From Candidatus Gottesmanbacteria bacterium (GTDB lineage Bacteria > Patescibacteriota > Microgenomatia > 2-02-FULL-39-11), in the NCBI GenBank assembly GCA_016186795.1, contig JACPKY010000002.1, positions 1,053,892-1,117,891 of the forward strand: 64,000 nt of DNA. Direction: 5' to 3'. The position numbers and the translations under genes are program-made. This document shows, piece by piece, positions 18,989 through 28,405 of the stretch. The notes under the pieces were generated by a model. The model was not told the origin of the DNA and did not search any database. It worked only from the letters and a program-made list of their open reading frames with translations. Numbering within the stretch: position 1 is the stretch's first letter; each line of letters starts with the position of its first letter.

Positions 18989-19042
18989 CGCCTTGCTCTT
19001 TAACAACTTCATCCGAAACGTTGTGATCGGCAGGAGGTACAG

Positions 19043-19240
19043 ATGGGACTTAGTCATTGGTTTTTCGCGCTGGCGCTTCTCTTTTTGGCGCTAGCGGGGG
19101 GTGGTTGTATCCTTTACGGCGGATTTTGGATCATCCAAGCGATGCTCCAAGGCCAAGAAATTCCAGGAGATGCAATTTCTGTATTTCTCCTTGGGATTTT
19201 GTTTCTTCTCTTATGTATAGCGGGGTTGCGCCGGTTTTAA
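19043..19240 (+). CDS. Small membrane protein (2 TM), hypothetical
   Basis: 65 aa with two hydrophobic helices and a Gly-rich turn. AGGAGG SD. Confidence 0.4.
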   Translation: MGLSHWFFALALLFLALAGGGCILYGGFWIIQAMLQGQEIPGDAISVFLLGILFLLLCIAGLRRF

Positions 19241-19253
19241 AAGGAGGAAAAGG

Positions 19254-19445
19254 TTGAGAAAAAACTTTCCCCGGATTGATCATACAGGAGGATGTCTGAT
19301 TTTGTTCGGGCTACTGTTTATTGCAATGGGACTCCTTGTAATTGCAGTAAGCAATGGCCTGTGGGCGTTAGCAGGGTGCGGTCTTTTCACTCTCGCATGC
19401 GGTGTTTACCTCATGTGGGAAGTGTTAGAAAGGAGAGGAAGATGA
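19254..19445 (+). CDS. Small membrane protein (2 TM), hypothetical
   Basis: 63 aa with two hydrophobic helices. GGAGGAAAAGG SD. Stop overlaps the next start (ATGA). Confidence 0.4.
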   Translation: MRKNFPRIDHTGGCLILFGLLFIAMGLLVIAVSNGLWALAGCGLFTLACGVYLMWEVLERRGR

Positions 19446-19744
19446 ACATACTGATTTTCTTTGCGATTATTGCACTCACAAGTGCGGTACTTGCCTGGCA
19501 GGTGAAGCGCCGATGGCCCAATGTTCTTGGTCTTTTTTTGATGGGGTTGATTCCCATCGCATTCGGCGTTTTCATGACAGGAATGAGTTTGATGGCAGGA
19601 ACGGCTGTGAGCATACCGGGAGTGTTGGCGATTTTTCCAGGGGTAGCATTCTGGATGATCGCGTTTATCGCGCGGGGAAAGAGGGCGGACCCAGTCGTTG
19701 ACATCCACGAGTTTTTCCATCAGGCGCGAGGGCAAAAAGATTGA
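19442..19744 (+). CDS. Small membrane protein (3 TM), hypothetical
   Basis: Start taken at the internal ATG (MNILIFFAIIAL...) coupled to the upstream stop. Hydrophobic. Confidence 0.45.
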   Translation: MNILIFFAIIALTSAVLAWQVKRRWPNVLGLFLMGLIPIAFGVFMTGMSLMAGTAVSIPGVLAIFPGVAFWMIAFIARGKRADPVVDIHEFFHQARGQKD

Positions 19745-20084
19745 TCATCCCGGATAAATCAAGAAAGAAGGCCAGGGAGAGACCTGATTGTTAGGAAACA
19801 AACAGGTCTCTTCTGAAAGGGGGCGAAATGCTTATCGTTCAGATACTTCTCGAATTTTGGCCGCAGCTTTTCATTGCGGCTGTCGGAATTTTCGTTGGTG
19901 TCCGCTTCGCATGGGATACCATCATGAATTTTCCGATCGAGATAGAGAATGACGATTGGGATTAAAGAGGGAAAAGAAATCTTGTAGATTTTGATTCCCT
20001 CTTGGGAGGGTTTTTGGATGAAGTGTATTGGTAGGCAGTTTTGGGAGATGAATCCGTTCATCTTCTGAATCTCTACCAATACAA

Positions 20085-20145
20085 GGAAAAGAGCAAAAGA
20101 AATTTCCCCTCAAGGAAATATACGCATTTCCACGAGGGGATTTTT
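20085..20145. repeat. Hairpin element copy 1 with conserved 5' flank AAAGAGCAAAAGAAATTTCCCCT plus T-run
   Basis: Conserved 23-mer followed by a nested palindrome (TCCCCTC..GGAAAT..ATTTCC..GAGGGGA) and TTTTT. Confidence 0.4.
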
Positions 20146-20344
20146 GATGGTGAGGAGCGGAGCGACGAATCCATTAGTGACTGTTGACAAAAAAATTCTA
20201 TAGGACTAGGCTGTGGGCAAGCTCTTTAATTTTTCTACATCTGAACTATTCATCTCACCAAAATGCAGGAGTTGACTCAATATGAGTCCATGAGACTGCA
20301 TTTCCGAACGAAATCGAGACTAACGCGAAAGGAGGTGAGACCTA

Positions 20345-20722
20345 ATGAGTAATAGTCCAAAAACGACGAATGATTGGTTGGATCCGAATGCCAGCCCAGT
20401 GATTCACGCGGTCGTTTTGCTCCTGTTCGCAGTTGCAGTCTATTTGTGGGCACTCCCCACACTTCTGCGAATTCCAAATCCTGCCGCGTTCTGGGTCACA
20501 TGCGGGCTCTTGTTTGTTGCGACGTTATGGGTTCTTCGCAACTACCTGAGCACCCATCCGATAATAGTACTGTTGACGTTCGTGTTGATTGTGGTGGCGT
20601 TTGCACTGTTGCAAACAGCGATCCTCGTGTTCAACCTCGCCAACTTTGCCATTGTTATCGGGTTGATCATTCTCGTTCATGGGGTCGGCGTTCGGTATCA
20701 ATTGAGGGGATCGTGGTACTAA
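20345..20722 (+). CDS. Membrane protein (4 TM), hypothetical
   Basis: 125 aa, strongly hydrophobic. GGAGG SD. Flanked by the two direct-repeat hairpin elements. Confidence 0.45.
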   Translation: MSNSPKTTNDWLDPNASPVIHAVVLLLFAVAVYLWALPTLLRIPNPAAFWVTCGLLFVATLWVLRNYLSTHPIIVLLTFVLIVVAFALLQTAILVFNLANFAIVIGLIILVHGVGVRYQLRGSWY

Positions 20723-20927
20723 GCTGACGGTGATTTCAACTCTACTCATGGAAATCAAGACTTAGTACACATCCAGCATGAAAAGGTCTCTCTATTAGAG
20801 GTGAAAAGAGGATGGAGAGACCTTCTCCAAGTAAATTTGTGAAGTGAAAGTAGAGAATATATATGTGGTTTGTTTCGGAGTGTAGGAAATTTCCTATTTT
20901 CCGATACTTACCACATATATAAAAATA

Positions 20928-20995
20928 AAGAGCAAAAAGAATTTCCCCTTTCATTCTCTTAGGCAGGATGAGGAGGGGAAATTTGGTAATAGTTG
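20928..20995. repeat. Hairpin element copy 2 (AAAGAGCAAAAAGAATTTCCCCT...AGGGGAAATT)
   Basis: Same 5' 23-mer with one indel as copy 1 and a 10-bp stem AATTTCCCCT/AGGGGAAATT, in the same orientation. Confidence 0.4.
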
Positions 20996-21012
20996 ATCTA
21001 CAATAGAGCAAT

Positions 21013-21888
21013 ATGAGGTGGGAACTTCTCTTAGGAATAAATCTTCTCTGCGGAGTAACACGAGAAACTCTAAATAAGAAGATAACTCATCTTGTTGACC
21101 CCAAAGTTGGGATCCTCTACCTTTTTACCTTCAACGGGATTCTTTTTCTCATACTTCAGATACTCATGCATGGATTTACTCTGCGGTGGAATTTTACACT
21201 CATTCTTGCCGGTGTCCTTTTTACGGTTGCATACGTGAGCTATTATCATGCCATTCGAATCTCTCTTTCCCAGTCGATCCTGTTTTCATCGTATTCACTT
21301 CTTGTGACGATTTTCCTTGCTGCGCTCTTTCTTGGTGAATCAAGTTATTTTGATATTCTCACCCCTCGAGGGATAAAAGTTGTTTTGGGTATAATTCTTG
21401 CCTGTGTTGCCATGTGGTATCTCCTTCATGAAGGGAGAAAGTCAGAACTTAAACTTGAAAGACGGTGGTTTCTCTATATTCTCCTTACAATAGTCGGAAC
21501 GGGAGTTGGATCGTTTATGAGCCTTTATGGACTCCATACATTATCATTTGGTTCACTTGAAGTCGTATTAAATCAAACTGTTGGATCACTGCCTCCTTTA
21601 ATTCTCTGGATTGTTCTAACAAAGAAAAGTAGTTTCAGGATTTCACAGACGGGTTTACGACTAATTGGAATAAACTCAATCTTCAACTCAGGGTCGATTC
21701 TCGCCTTTTTTGAACTTGCGAAATACATACCCTCAACTAAACTGTATCCTATACAAACGGTACTTCTTATCATCCTTACCATGATCTCTGGAATTATTTT
21801 CTTCCATGAAGAAAATACGTTTAAAGGGACACGGGCACTTGGAATGGGATTGGGACTTATCGGTATTCTCCTTCTTTCTTTTGCATAA
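21013..21888 (+). CDS. Polytopic membrane protein, possibly DMT/EamA-type transporter
   Basis: 291 aa with about 10 TM helices arranged as two similar halves. No catalytic motifs. Confidence 0.4.
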   Translation: MRWELLLGINLLCGVTRETLNKKITHLVDPKVGILYLFTFNGILFLILQILMHGFTLRWNFTLILAGVLFTVAYVSYYHAIRISLSQSILFSSYSLLVTIFLAALFLGESSYFDILTPRGIKVVLGIILACVAMWYLLHEGRKSELKLERRWFLYILLTIVGTGVGSFMSLYGLHTLSFGSLEVVLNQTVGSLPPLILWIVLTKKSSFRISQTGLRLIGINSIFNSGSILAFFELAKYIPSTKLYPIQTVLLIILTMISGIIFFHEENTFKGTRALGMGLGLIGILLLSFA

Positions 21889-21892
21889 GTGT

Positions 21893-22426
21893 ATGACAAT
21901 CCAATCAAATACGACTGATCCTCAAGATGAGCTCTTTGATATTGTTGATACCAACGATGTCGTCGTCGGCTCGGCAACACGCCGTGAAGTTCATGCGAAT
22001 AAAAAGTTGATTCACAGAAGTATTAACGTTTTGGTATATAACAAGACTGGTGCGCTCTTTTTCCAAAAACGGAGTCCGACAAAAGATACTGATCGGGAAA
22101 AATGGACAATTTCATGCAGCGGTCACGTGGAGAGAGGGGGAGACTATAAAGAAGCCGCACATAGGGAACTACAGGAAGAACTTGGTGTCGATATGGAAAT
22201 TGAAAAAGTTGATAAGTTTGTCTGTTTTGCTCCTTACGAGACGGAAATGGCGATGGTTTTTAAAGCTTCTTATGAAGGGCCGTTTCTTTTAAACGAAACT
22301 GAAATAAGCTCGGGTACATTTTTTACTCAAAATGAGCTATTAAAGCAATTAGAAGAGGGAAAGATTAAATTGAGTTTTATGGCAGAAAAGATACTGGGAA
22401 AAATTGGATGGCTGAAAGGGTATTGA
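21893..22426 (+). CDS. Nudix hydrolase
   Basis: Nudix box GHVERGGDYKEAAHRELQEELGV (Gx5Ex7REUxEExGU). Start taken at the internal ATG after the upstream transporter stop. Confidence 0.8.
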   Translation: MTIQSNTTDPQDELFDIVDTNDVVVGSATRREVHANKKLIHRSINVLVYNKTGALFFQKRSPTKDTDREKWTISCSGHVERGGDYKEAAHRELQEELGVDMEIEKVDKFVCFAPYETEMAMVFKASYEGPFLLNETEISSGTFFTQNELLKQLEEGKIKLSFMAEKILGKIGWLKGY

Positions 22427-22457
22427 TTATGCATCTTTCTTTATTAGTATATAAATA

Positions 22458-22667
22458 ATGGAAGAAGAATTTGGAAAATATAAGCAGGGAGGGCGAAGGC
22501 CCGATCGGACAACAAGCGGAAAAAAATGGGGCGATCCGGTTTCGTTTCCTTGGGAAGAAGAAGAGAAACGAAAACATGCTGGAAAAGAGCTTGTTCCAGT
22601 AAAAAGAGAGCAGCCGGCTCCACCTTTAAAGCGTGAAGCTCCGCCGCCTCCGCCCCCTAAGCCATAA
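22458..22667 (+). CDS. Small charged, Pro-rich hypothetical protein (doubtful)
   Basis: 69 aa, low complexity (EEEEKRK, APPPPPPKP). No SD. May be non-coding. Confidence 0.2.
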   Translation: MEEEFGKYKQGGRRPDRTTSGKKWGDPVSFPWEEEEKRKHAGKELVPVKREQPAPPLKREAPPPPPPKP

Positions 22668-22753
22668 ATCTACTGTTTTAATGTTGACTTTTGACAATTG
22701 AGTTTTCTGTTTGCTGTTGCTAGACTATCATACATTATATATAAGGAGACGAT

Positions 22754-24034
22754 ATGATTGGACAAAACCCCTTTGAGAATGCCTTAACCCAGCTTGAAGG
22801 AGCGCTCAAGTACCTCTCGTTATCTCAAGCACAAATTGAACGGATAAAAAACCCTGAGAAAGTCATATCAGTTACCTTTCCCGTCGTCATGGATGACGGA
22901 AACGTTGAGTTGTTTCATGGGTACCGTGTGCAGCATAGTAGTCTCCTTGGACCATACAAAGGCGGAATCCGGTTCCACCCGCAAGTGGATATGGATGAGG
23001 TACAGGCTCTTGCCTTCTGGATGACGATCAAATGTGCAGTTGTTGGGATCCCTATGGGAGGAGGGAAAGGTGGGGTCGAGGTTGACCCTAAAAACCTATC
23101 AATTGCCGAGCTGGAACGGTTAAGTCGTGCCTATGTCCGAGCAATTGCCGTTGATATTGGTCCGAATACCGATGTTCCAGCGCCAGATGTCAATACCACG
23201 CCTCAGATTATGAAGTGGATGGCTGAGGAGTATCTCGATATTCGGAACTCAAAATTTAAGATTAGAAACGAGAATGAAAAAAATATGCTCATGGCAACAT
23301 TTACCGGAAAACCGCTTGATTTTGGAGGGAGTGAAGGACGGACTGAGGCAACGGGAAAAGGAGGATACTATGTCTTACTTTCTCTTTTGAAAAAAATCAA
23401 TCTGAAGGGTCGATACGGAGAAAAGTTAACTGTTGCAGTGCAAGGGTTTGGGAACGTTGGATACTTTATCGCAAAATTTCTTCACGACTATGGTATGAGA
23501 GTTGTAGCTCTCTCTGATTCGAAAGGCGGGATCGTTGTGAAAGATATAAAAGCGGATAGTTTCAATCCCGAAAAAGTGCTTTCCTGTAAGAAAGAAAAAG
23601 GGTCACTTGGTGAGTGCTTCGGAAAATCGATATCGAATGAAGAGCTTCTTCAGTTGCCTGTTGATATTTTAGTTCCAGCCGCTCTGGAAAATCAGATTAC
23701 ACGCGAAAACGCAGGGAAAATTCAGGCATCTATCGTTTTGGAAATGGCCAATGGTCCGACAACCTCTGAGGCAGATGAAATCCTTTTTAAGCGAAAGGTT
23801 CATGTTGTCCCTGATGTGTTAGCAAATTCAGGAGGAGTGACTGTTTCCAGTTTTGAATGGGAGCAGAATCTGAAAAGCGAACATTGGAACGCTTCTGAGG
23901 TTGAGAGAAAATTAAAGGAAAAAATGGAAAGCGCGTTTGAAGCCGTTTGGGAAAAACAGATAGAAAAAAAGGTGGATCTTCGCACCGCAAGTTATATTGT
24001 TGCAATCACACAAATCATGGAAAAGTTCGTTTAG
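22754..24034 (+). CDS. gdhA: NAD(P)-dependent glutamate dehydrogenase
   Basis: GPYKGGIRFHP and GGGKGG motifs of the Glu/Leu/Phe/Val dehydrogenase family. Rossmann GFGNVG. 426 aa. AAGGAG SD. Confidence 0.9.
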   Translation: MIGQNPFENALTQLEGALKYLSLSQAQIERIKNPEKVISVTFPVVMDDGNVELFHGYRVQHSSLLGPYKGGIRFHPQVDMDEVQALAFWMTIKCAVVGIPMGGGKGGVEVDPKNLSIAELERLSRAYVRAIAVDIGPNTDVPAPDVNTTPQIMKWMAEEYLDIRNSKFKIRNENEKNMLMATFTGKPLDFGGSEGRTEATGKGGYYVLLSLLKKINLKGRYGEKLTVAVQGFGNVGYFIAKFLHDYGMRVVALSDSKGGIVVKDIKADSFNPEKVLSCKKEKGSLGECFGKSISNEELLQLPVDILVPAALENQITRENAGKIQASIVLEMANGPTTSEADEILFKRKVHVVPDVLANSGGVTVSSFEWEQNLKSEHWNASEVERKLKEKMESAFEAVWEKQIEKKVDLRTASYIVAITQIMEKFV

Positions 24035-24093
24035 GGAGAAAAATTCCGGTTGACAGATACCAAAGGAATTTGTTACGCTAACATCTGTTCCAC

Positions 24094-24918
24094 TTGACAA
24101 TGCCAGCAAAGAAACTTGATTTAAAAAAAGACGTACCACAGGTCCTTCCTCAGAAATCGCAAGAGCGAAAAAACACTCTTACCTACGTTTTGATAGGCCT
24201 TTTAGTCGTTGCCGCCTTCGCATTGGGAAATCTTTATACGCGGGTGCAGATGCTGGAAAAAGGAATTGGTGGGTCGGGAGGGTCGGCAGGAAAAGAGACA
24301 ATTCCAGTTGCCAATCCGACACAACCGGTGAAAGCAGATCTTGTTGTGAACGACACCGATCCAACGCTTGGACCCAAAGATGCCAAAGTGACTGTTATTG
24401 AGTTTGCCGATTTCCAGTGCCCATTTTGCGGAGCGTTTTCCGGACTTGACACTGCAATGGTACAAAATATGAAAGGGAGGGACGCGTCTTGGGAACCAAC
24501 GGTTCCGAATCTGAAGAAAGACTACGTAAATACCGGCAAAGTCCGTTTCGTGTGGAAAGATTATCCATTTTTGGGGCAAGAATCAACCTGGGCTGCTGCA
24601 GCTGCCCGTTGTGCCCAGGATCAGGGGAAATTTTGGGAGTACCACGACTATCTTTTCTCTCACCAGAGCGGTGAAAATCAGGGAGCATTTTCCAAAGACA
24701 ACTTAAAGAAGTTTGCGGCAGCAATCAATTTAAAAACTGCTGACTTTAATAATTGTGTCGATAGTGGAAAATACGAAAAGAGTATGCCGGATGCTCTTTC
24801 GTATGGTCAAAGTGTCGGAGTTTCCGGCACACCGGCAACATTTGTGAACGGTCAGCTTGTCTCTGGAGCTGCCTCGTATTCTACATTCAAAGCCATGATT
24901 GATGCGGCTTTGAAGTAA
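24094..24918 (+). CDS. Membrane-anchored DsbA-family thiol:disulfide oxidoreductase
   Basis: N-terminal TM anchor then thioredoxin fold with CPFC active site (FADFQCPFCGAF). 274 aa. Confidence 0.8.
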   Translation: MTMPAKKLDLKKDVPQVLPQKSQERKNTLTYVLIGLLVVAAFALGNLYTRVQMLEKGIGGSGGSAGKETIPVANPTQPVKADLVVNDTDPTLGPKDAKVTVIEFADFQCPFCGAFSGLDTAMVQNMKGRDASWEPTVPNLKKDYVNTGKVRFVWKDYPFLGQESTWAAAAARCAQDQGKFWEYHDYLFSHQSGENQGAFSKDNLKKFAAAINLKTADFNNCVDSGKYEKSMPDALSYGQSVGVSGTPATFVNGQLVSGAASYSTFKAMIDAALK

Positions 24919-24932
24919 TCATTTCTTTGGTA

Positions 24933-24961
24933 TTGACAGGAAAATTTCCTCTTGGTACAAT
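24933..24961 (+). promoter_or_regulatory. Near-consensus sigma70 promoter TTGACA-N17-TACAAT
   Basis: Hexamers read directly. Immediately after the dsbA-like stop. Confidence 0.45.
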
Positions 24962-24967
24962 GGGTGC

Positions 24968-25109
24968 TACTTTTGGAGATAGCTTTTCAACGAACGTAAT
25001 GGAAAAAAATCAACGCACAAACTTACAACGAAAAGGCCATTTATGGTGCGCGTTTTAGACTGAAGGGAACATACTTCCTTTGAAAAGCTGACTCTGTCAG
25101 CTTTTTTTA
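24968..25109 (+). ncRNA. Candidate small RNA (about 140 nt) bounded by a consensus promoter and an intrinsic terminator
   Basis: Predicted TSS about 24968. Terminator AAGCTGACtctGTCAGCTT plus T7 at 25085-25109. Contains only a 19-codon ORF (MEKNQRTNLQRKGHLWCAF). No match to known RNA families recognisable by eye. Confidence 0.3.
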
Positions 25110-25224
25110 TTTCCAAAAAGTATTAAAAACTTAATATTGACACCTCATTTGTCCCGAAAATCTTTGCGATCCGACTAAAGGAGGGAGCAATTAGATTTTC
25201 GAGATCCCGTATTGTCTGCGAGCA

Positions 25225-25297
25225 GGGCTCGTAGTTCAGCGGGTAGAACATCTCATTTGCAATGAGAAGGTAGGCGGTTCGAGTCCGCCCGAGTCCA
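25225..25297 (+). tRNA. tRNA-Ala (anticodon UGC)
   Basis: Cloverleaf traced by hand. Acceptor GGGCTCG/CGAGTCC with G3:U70, D arm GTTC/GAAC, anticodon loop TTTGCAA (UGC), T arm GGCGG-TTCGAGT-CCGCC, discriminator A. CCA not encoded. Confidence 0.85.
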
Positions 25298-25374
25298 CCT
25301 AGGTATCGGATGAGCAAAGATTACGGGATCCACGAAATTGTAGCTGCTCGTTCTGACTCGCAGACAATTTCGGG

Positions 25375-25414
25375 ACAATGAGAAGGTAGGGAGTTCGAGT
25401 CTCCCACGGTCTAC
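25375..25414 (+). other. tRNA-like 3' half fragment (duplicate of the anticodon-3', variable and T-arm region of tRNA-Ala)
   Basis: CAATGAGAAGGTAGGGAGTTCGAGTCTCCC closely parallels GCAATGAGAAGGTAGGCGGTTCGAGTCCGCC of the upstream tRNA. No matching 5' half was found. Lies in the right arm of an inverted repeat flanking the tRNA. Confidence 0.3.
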
Positions 25415-25904
25415 CCTAACAACCAGAATTAGGAATTGAGAATTAAGAATGAAGAAAAATCTTCTTGATTCATACTTCTTTATTCTTAATTCGAGATGAG
25501 AGCTCTTTAAAAAGTGAACAGGAAAATAATGACGATCCACGCCGCCGTCCTGGCGGAGTGGAGAGGTCCACAACGTAAGAAATCGCATTACGATTTCAAC
25601 GTTGTAGGAACGTGCAAATTGCTATGCAATTTGTTACGTTCCATCTTTACGTCTTAAAGTCTACTCATAAAGTCGACAATGGATGCCTTGGTGGTTTTGG
25701 CCGAGGAAGGACGCATGCATACTTGCGATATCGTCGGGAAGGCAGTCAGCAGCCTTTGATCCGGTGGTTTCCGAATGGGGCAACCCCCCCGACTAAGTCG
25801 GGGAGCCATACAGACAAATCCCGAGCAATCGGGAACATAGCCGTATGGTAGGTAAGCAGGTGAACTGAAACATCTAACTAACCTGAAGAAAAGACATCAA
25901 TAGA

Positions 25905-25936
<32 letters not shown>

Positions 25937-26767
25937 CAGCCTAAACCCTGTCGAAAGACAGGGGGTTGTAGGGCTTCCGATATGGGATGAGATGCAGGTA
26001 GCGGAATTGCTTGGAATAGCAAACCATAGAGCGTGAAAGTCGTGTACGCGAAACCTAAATCTCCTCTAGGGAGTACCTAAGTACTACGGGGCACGGCAAA
26101 ACCCCGTAGGAAGCTGGGACGTCCACGTTCCAAGGCTAAATACCAAAACCAACCGATAGTGAACGAGTACCGTGAGGGAAAGGTGAAAAGCACCCCGGTG
26201 AGGGGAATGAAATAGTACCTGAAATTGTCGACTAACAAACAGTGAGAGTCCCGATTTAATCGGGATGATCACGTGCCTATTGAAGAATGAACCGATGAGT
26301 TGTCGTAACGTTCCAAGTCTAACCAACTTTGTTGGGGAGGCGCAGTGAAAGCGAGCCCTAATTGGGCTATTTAGGAGCGGACGACAGACCCGAAACCGGG
26401 TGAGCTAACCATGGACAGGGTGAGTCCCGAGGAAACTCGGGAGGAGGCCCGAACCCTTCAGAGCTGCAAATCTGTGGGACGATCTGTGGTTAGGGGTAAT
26501 ATGCCTATCGAACCCGGAGATAGCTGGTTCTCCTCGAAATATATTTAGGTATAGCGTCCGTTTATACGATCCTGGGGGTAGAGCACTGAATGGGTTACCA
26601 AGCGTAAGCGAGGCAGCTCAATCAAACTCCGAATACCAGTGACGTTATACGGGCAGTCAGTCCGGCTCGGCTAAGCGAGTCAGGTCGAGTGGGGGAAAAA
26701 CCCAAACTCCCAATTAAGGTCCCTAAATCTTGACTAAGTTGAAAAGGAAGTGAGATTTCTAAAACAC

Positions 26768-26812
<45 letters not shown>

Positions 26813-27653
26813 CAGCTCACTGGACGAGAGGTCTTGCGCCGAAAATGAACGGGGATCAAGTCAAGTGCCGAAATTGGAGGTCTTATCGCAAGATAAGGCA
26901 GTAGAGGAGCGTTCCTATCGCAGTGAAGGTGTGCCGTAAGGCTAGCTGGAGTGATAGGAAGTGCGAATGTCGGTATGAGTAGCGTAATTTCGGTGAAAAT
27001 CCGAAGCGCCGTAAGCCCAAGGTTTCCGTCCCAACGTTGATCGGGGACGGGTAAGTCGGATCTAAGGCAAGTCCCGATTTAATCGGGAGTAGCTCGATGT
27101 AGAAGCCGTTGATATTCGGCTACAATGGAGAAAGGTTTCATAAGGGGAAGACGAAATTGGAGAGACAGATCCCGATTTAATCGGGACTAAGCCATAAGAT
27201 AGTAGTAACTGGAAAATCCGTTATTGCGTTTAATCAAGTGGTGATGGAGAGTCCAAAGAGCAATCTGCGGGCAATTCTGTACCTTTTCAGGTTCCAAGAA
27301 AACTCTCACTATGTTCTGGGGCGCAAGTCTCAGAAAACTTTCTTTATTTCCGTACCGCAAACCGACACAGGTGGGCTGGTAGAGTATACCAAGGCGATCG
27401 GGAGAAAATGGCTCAAGGAACTCGGCAAAACAGCTGGGCGTAACCTATGGGAGATGCCCTGCCTCACGAAAGTGGGGCCACAGCAAAAGACACTTACCAA
27501 CTGTTTAACTAAAACACAGGTCTCTGCAAAGCCGAAAGGCAACGTATAGGGGCTGACGCCTGCCCAGTGCACGTAGGTTAAGAATCATGGGTGACCCCGA
27601 TTTAATCGGGAAAGCTTGAGATTCAAGCCCGTGTGAACGGCAGCAGTAACTAT

Positions 27654-28243
27654 GAAACCGGAAATCCGGAGTTGTAGTTGTAAAATGTGACTATATGCTG
27701 GGACATCCCGTGTATCTGAACATACGAGAAAATATCAAAAATTAAATATCAAATATCAAAAATACATAGTAAAAATCAAATTTTTCGCGTAAAAAATGTT
27801 CAGTGGGGATAATCAGCAGGTAACCGCGCCAAAAATTTCATATTTAGGCGGGGGAATCCTCAGAGACCATAAGTCACATCCTAAATGATTTAGGAATGAT
27901 ATGGTCCGGACTCATGGGCGACCATGAGACTCTGTAAGCAATCAGAGTCCGCCAGTTGGCGGATAACAATTCGAACTGTTCTATGGTGAAACCTGAAAGA
28001 AGGTTCGCTGCCATAGTGAGGTGTAAACCCTCCGTTATGTGCGTATGCCGATACGCGCTAAAACGAAAACTTGACTATATGCTGGAAACACTCGTGTATC
28101 CAACGGTACCGCAATGAGGTAAAAATCTGTTTGGTGGAGTCAATCAGCAGGAAAGATCCCGATTAAATCGGGAAATCCTCAGAGACTATACGTCAGGATT
28201 CGCCTCAAGAGGCGAAATAAGATATAGTCCAAACTTCGAACAT
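27654..28243 (+). mobile_element. ORF-less group I intron insertion at the 23S position equivalent to E. coli U1917 (H69 loop), apparently with two tandem intron cores
   Basis: Insertion splits GTAACTAT | ...AGCGAAATTCC. P/Q/R/S-like elements occur twice: ATGCTGGGACA, AATCAGCAGG, CCTCAGAGACCATA, GATATGGTCC at 27690-27900, then ATGCTGGAAACA, AATCAGCAGG, CCTCAGAGACTATA, AAGATATAGTCC at 28070-28220. IGS GTAGTT can pair with the exon end AACTAT. The 3' end has a P9 hairpin before the exon. Confidence 0.6.
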
Positions 28244-28256
28244 ATCGAAGATTTAG

Positions 28257-28299
<43 letters not shown>

Positions 28300-28374
28300 A
28301 GAATGAGTAAGTGACTGTCTTGAGCCGTTGCCCGGCGAAATTGAAATGGCTGTGAAGATGCGGCCTACTTGCAC

Positions 28375-28405
<31 letters not shown>

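Noticed and set aside
302-24724. Numerous 60-130-aa antisense ORFs inside trxA/trxB, the NHL gene, serA-serB, serS, ruvB, gdhA, dsbA-like and other genes
   Set aside because: They are fully embedded in longer ORFs that carry recognisable family motifs. They have no SD signals or conserved features.
25375-25414. Second complete tRNA gene after tRNA-Ala
   Set aside because: Only the anticodon-3', variable and T-arm portion is present. No complementary 5' acceptor or D-arm could be found on either strand.
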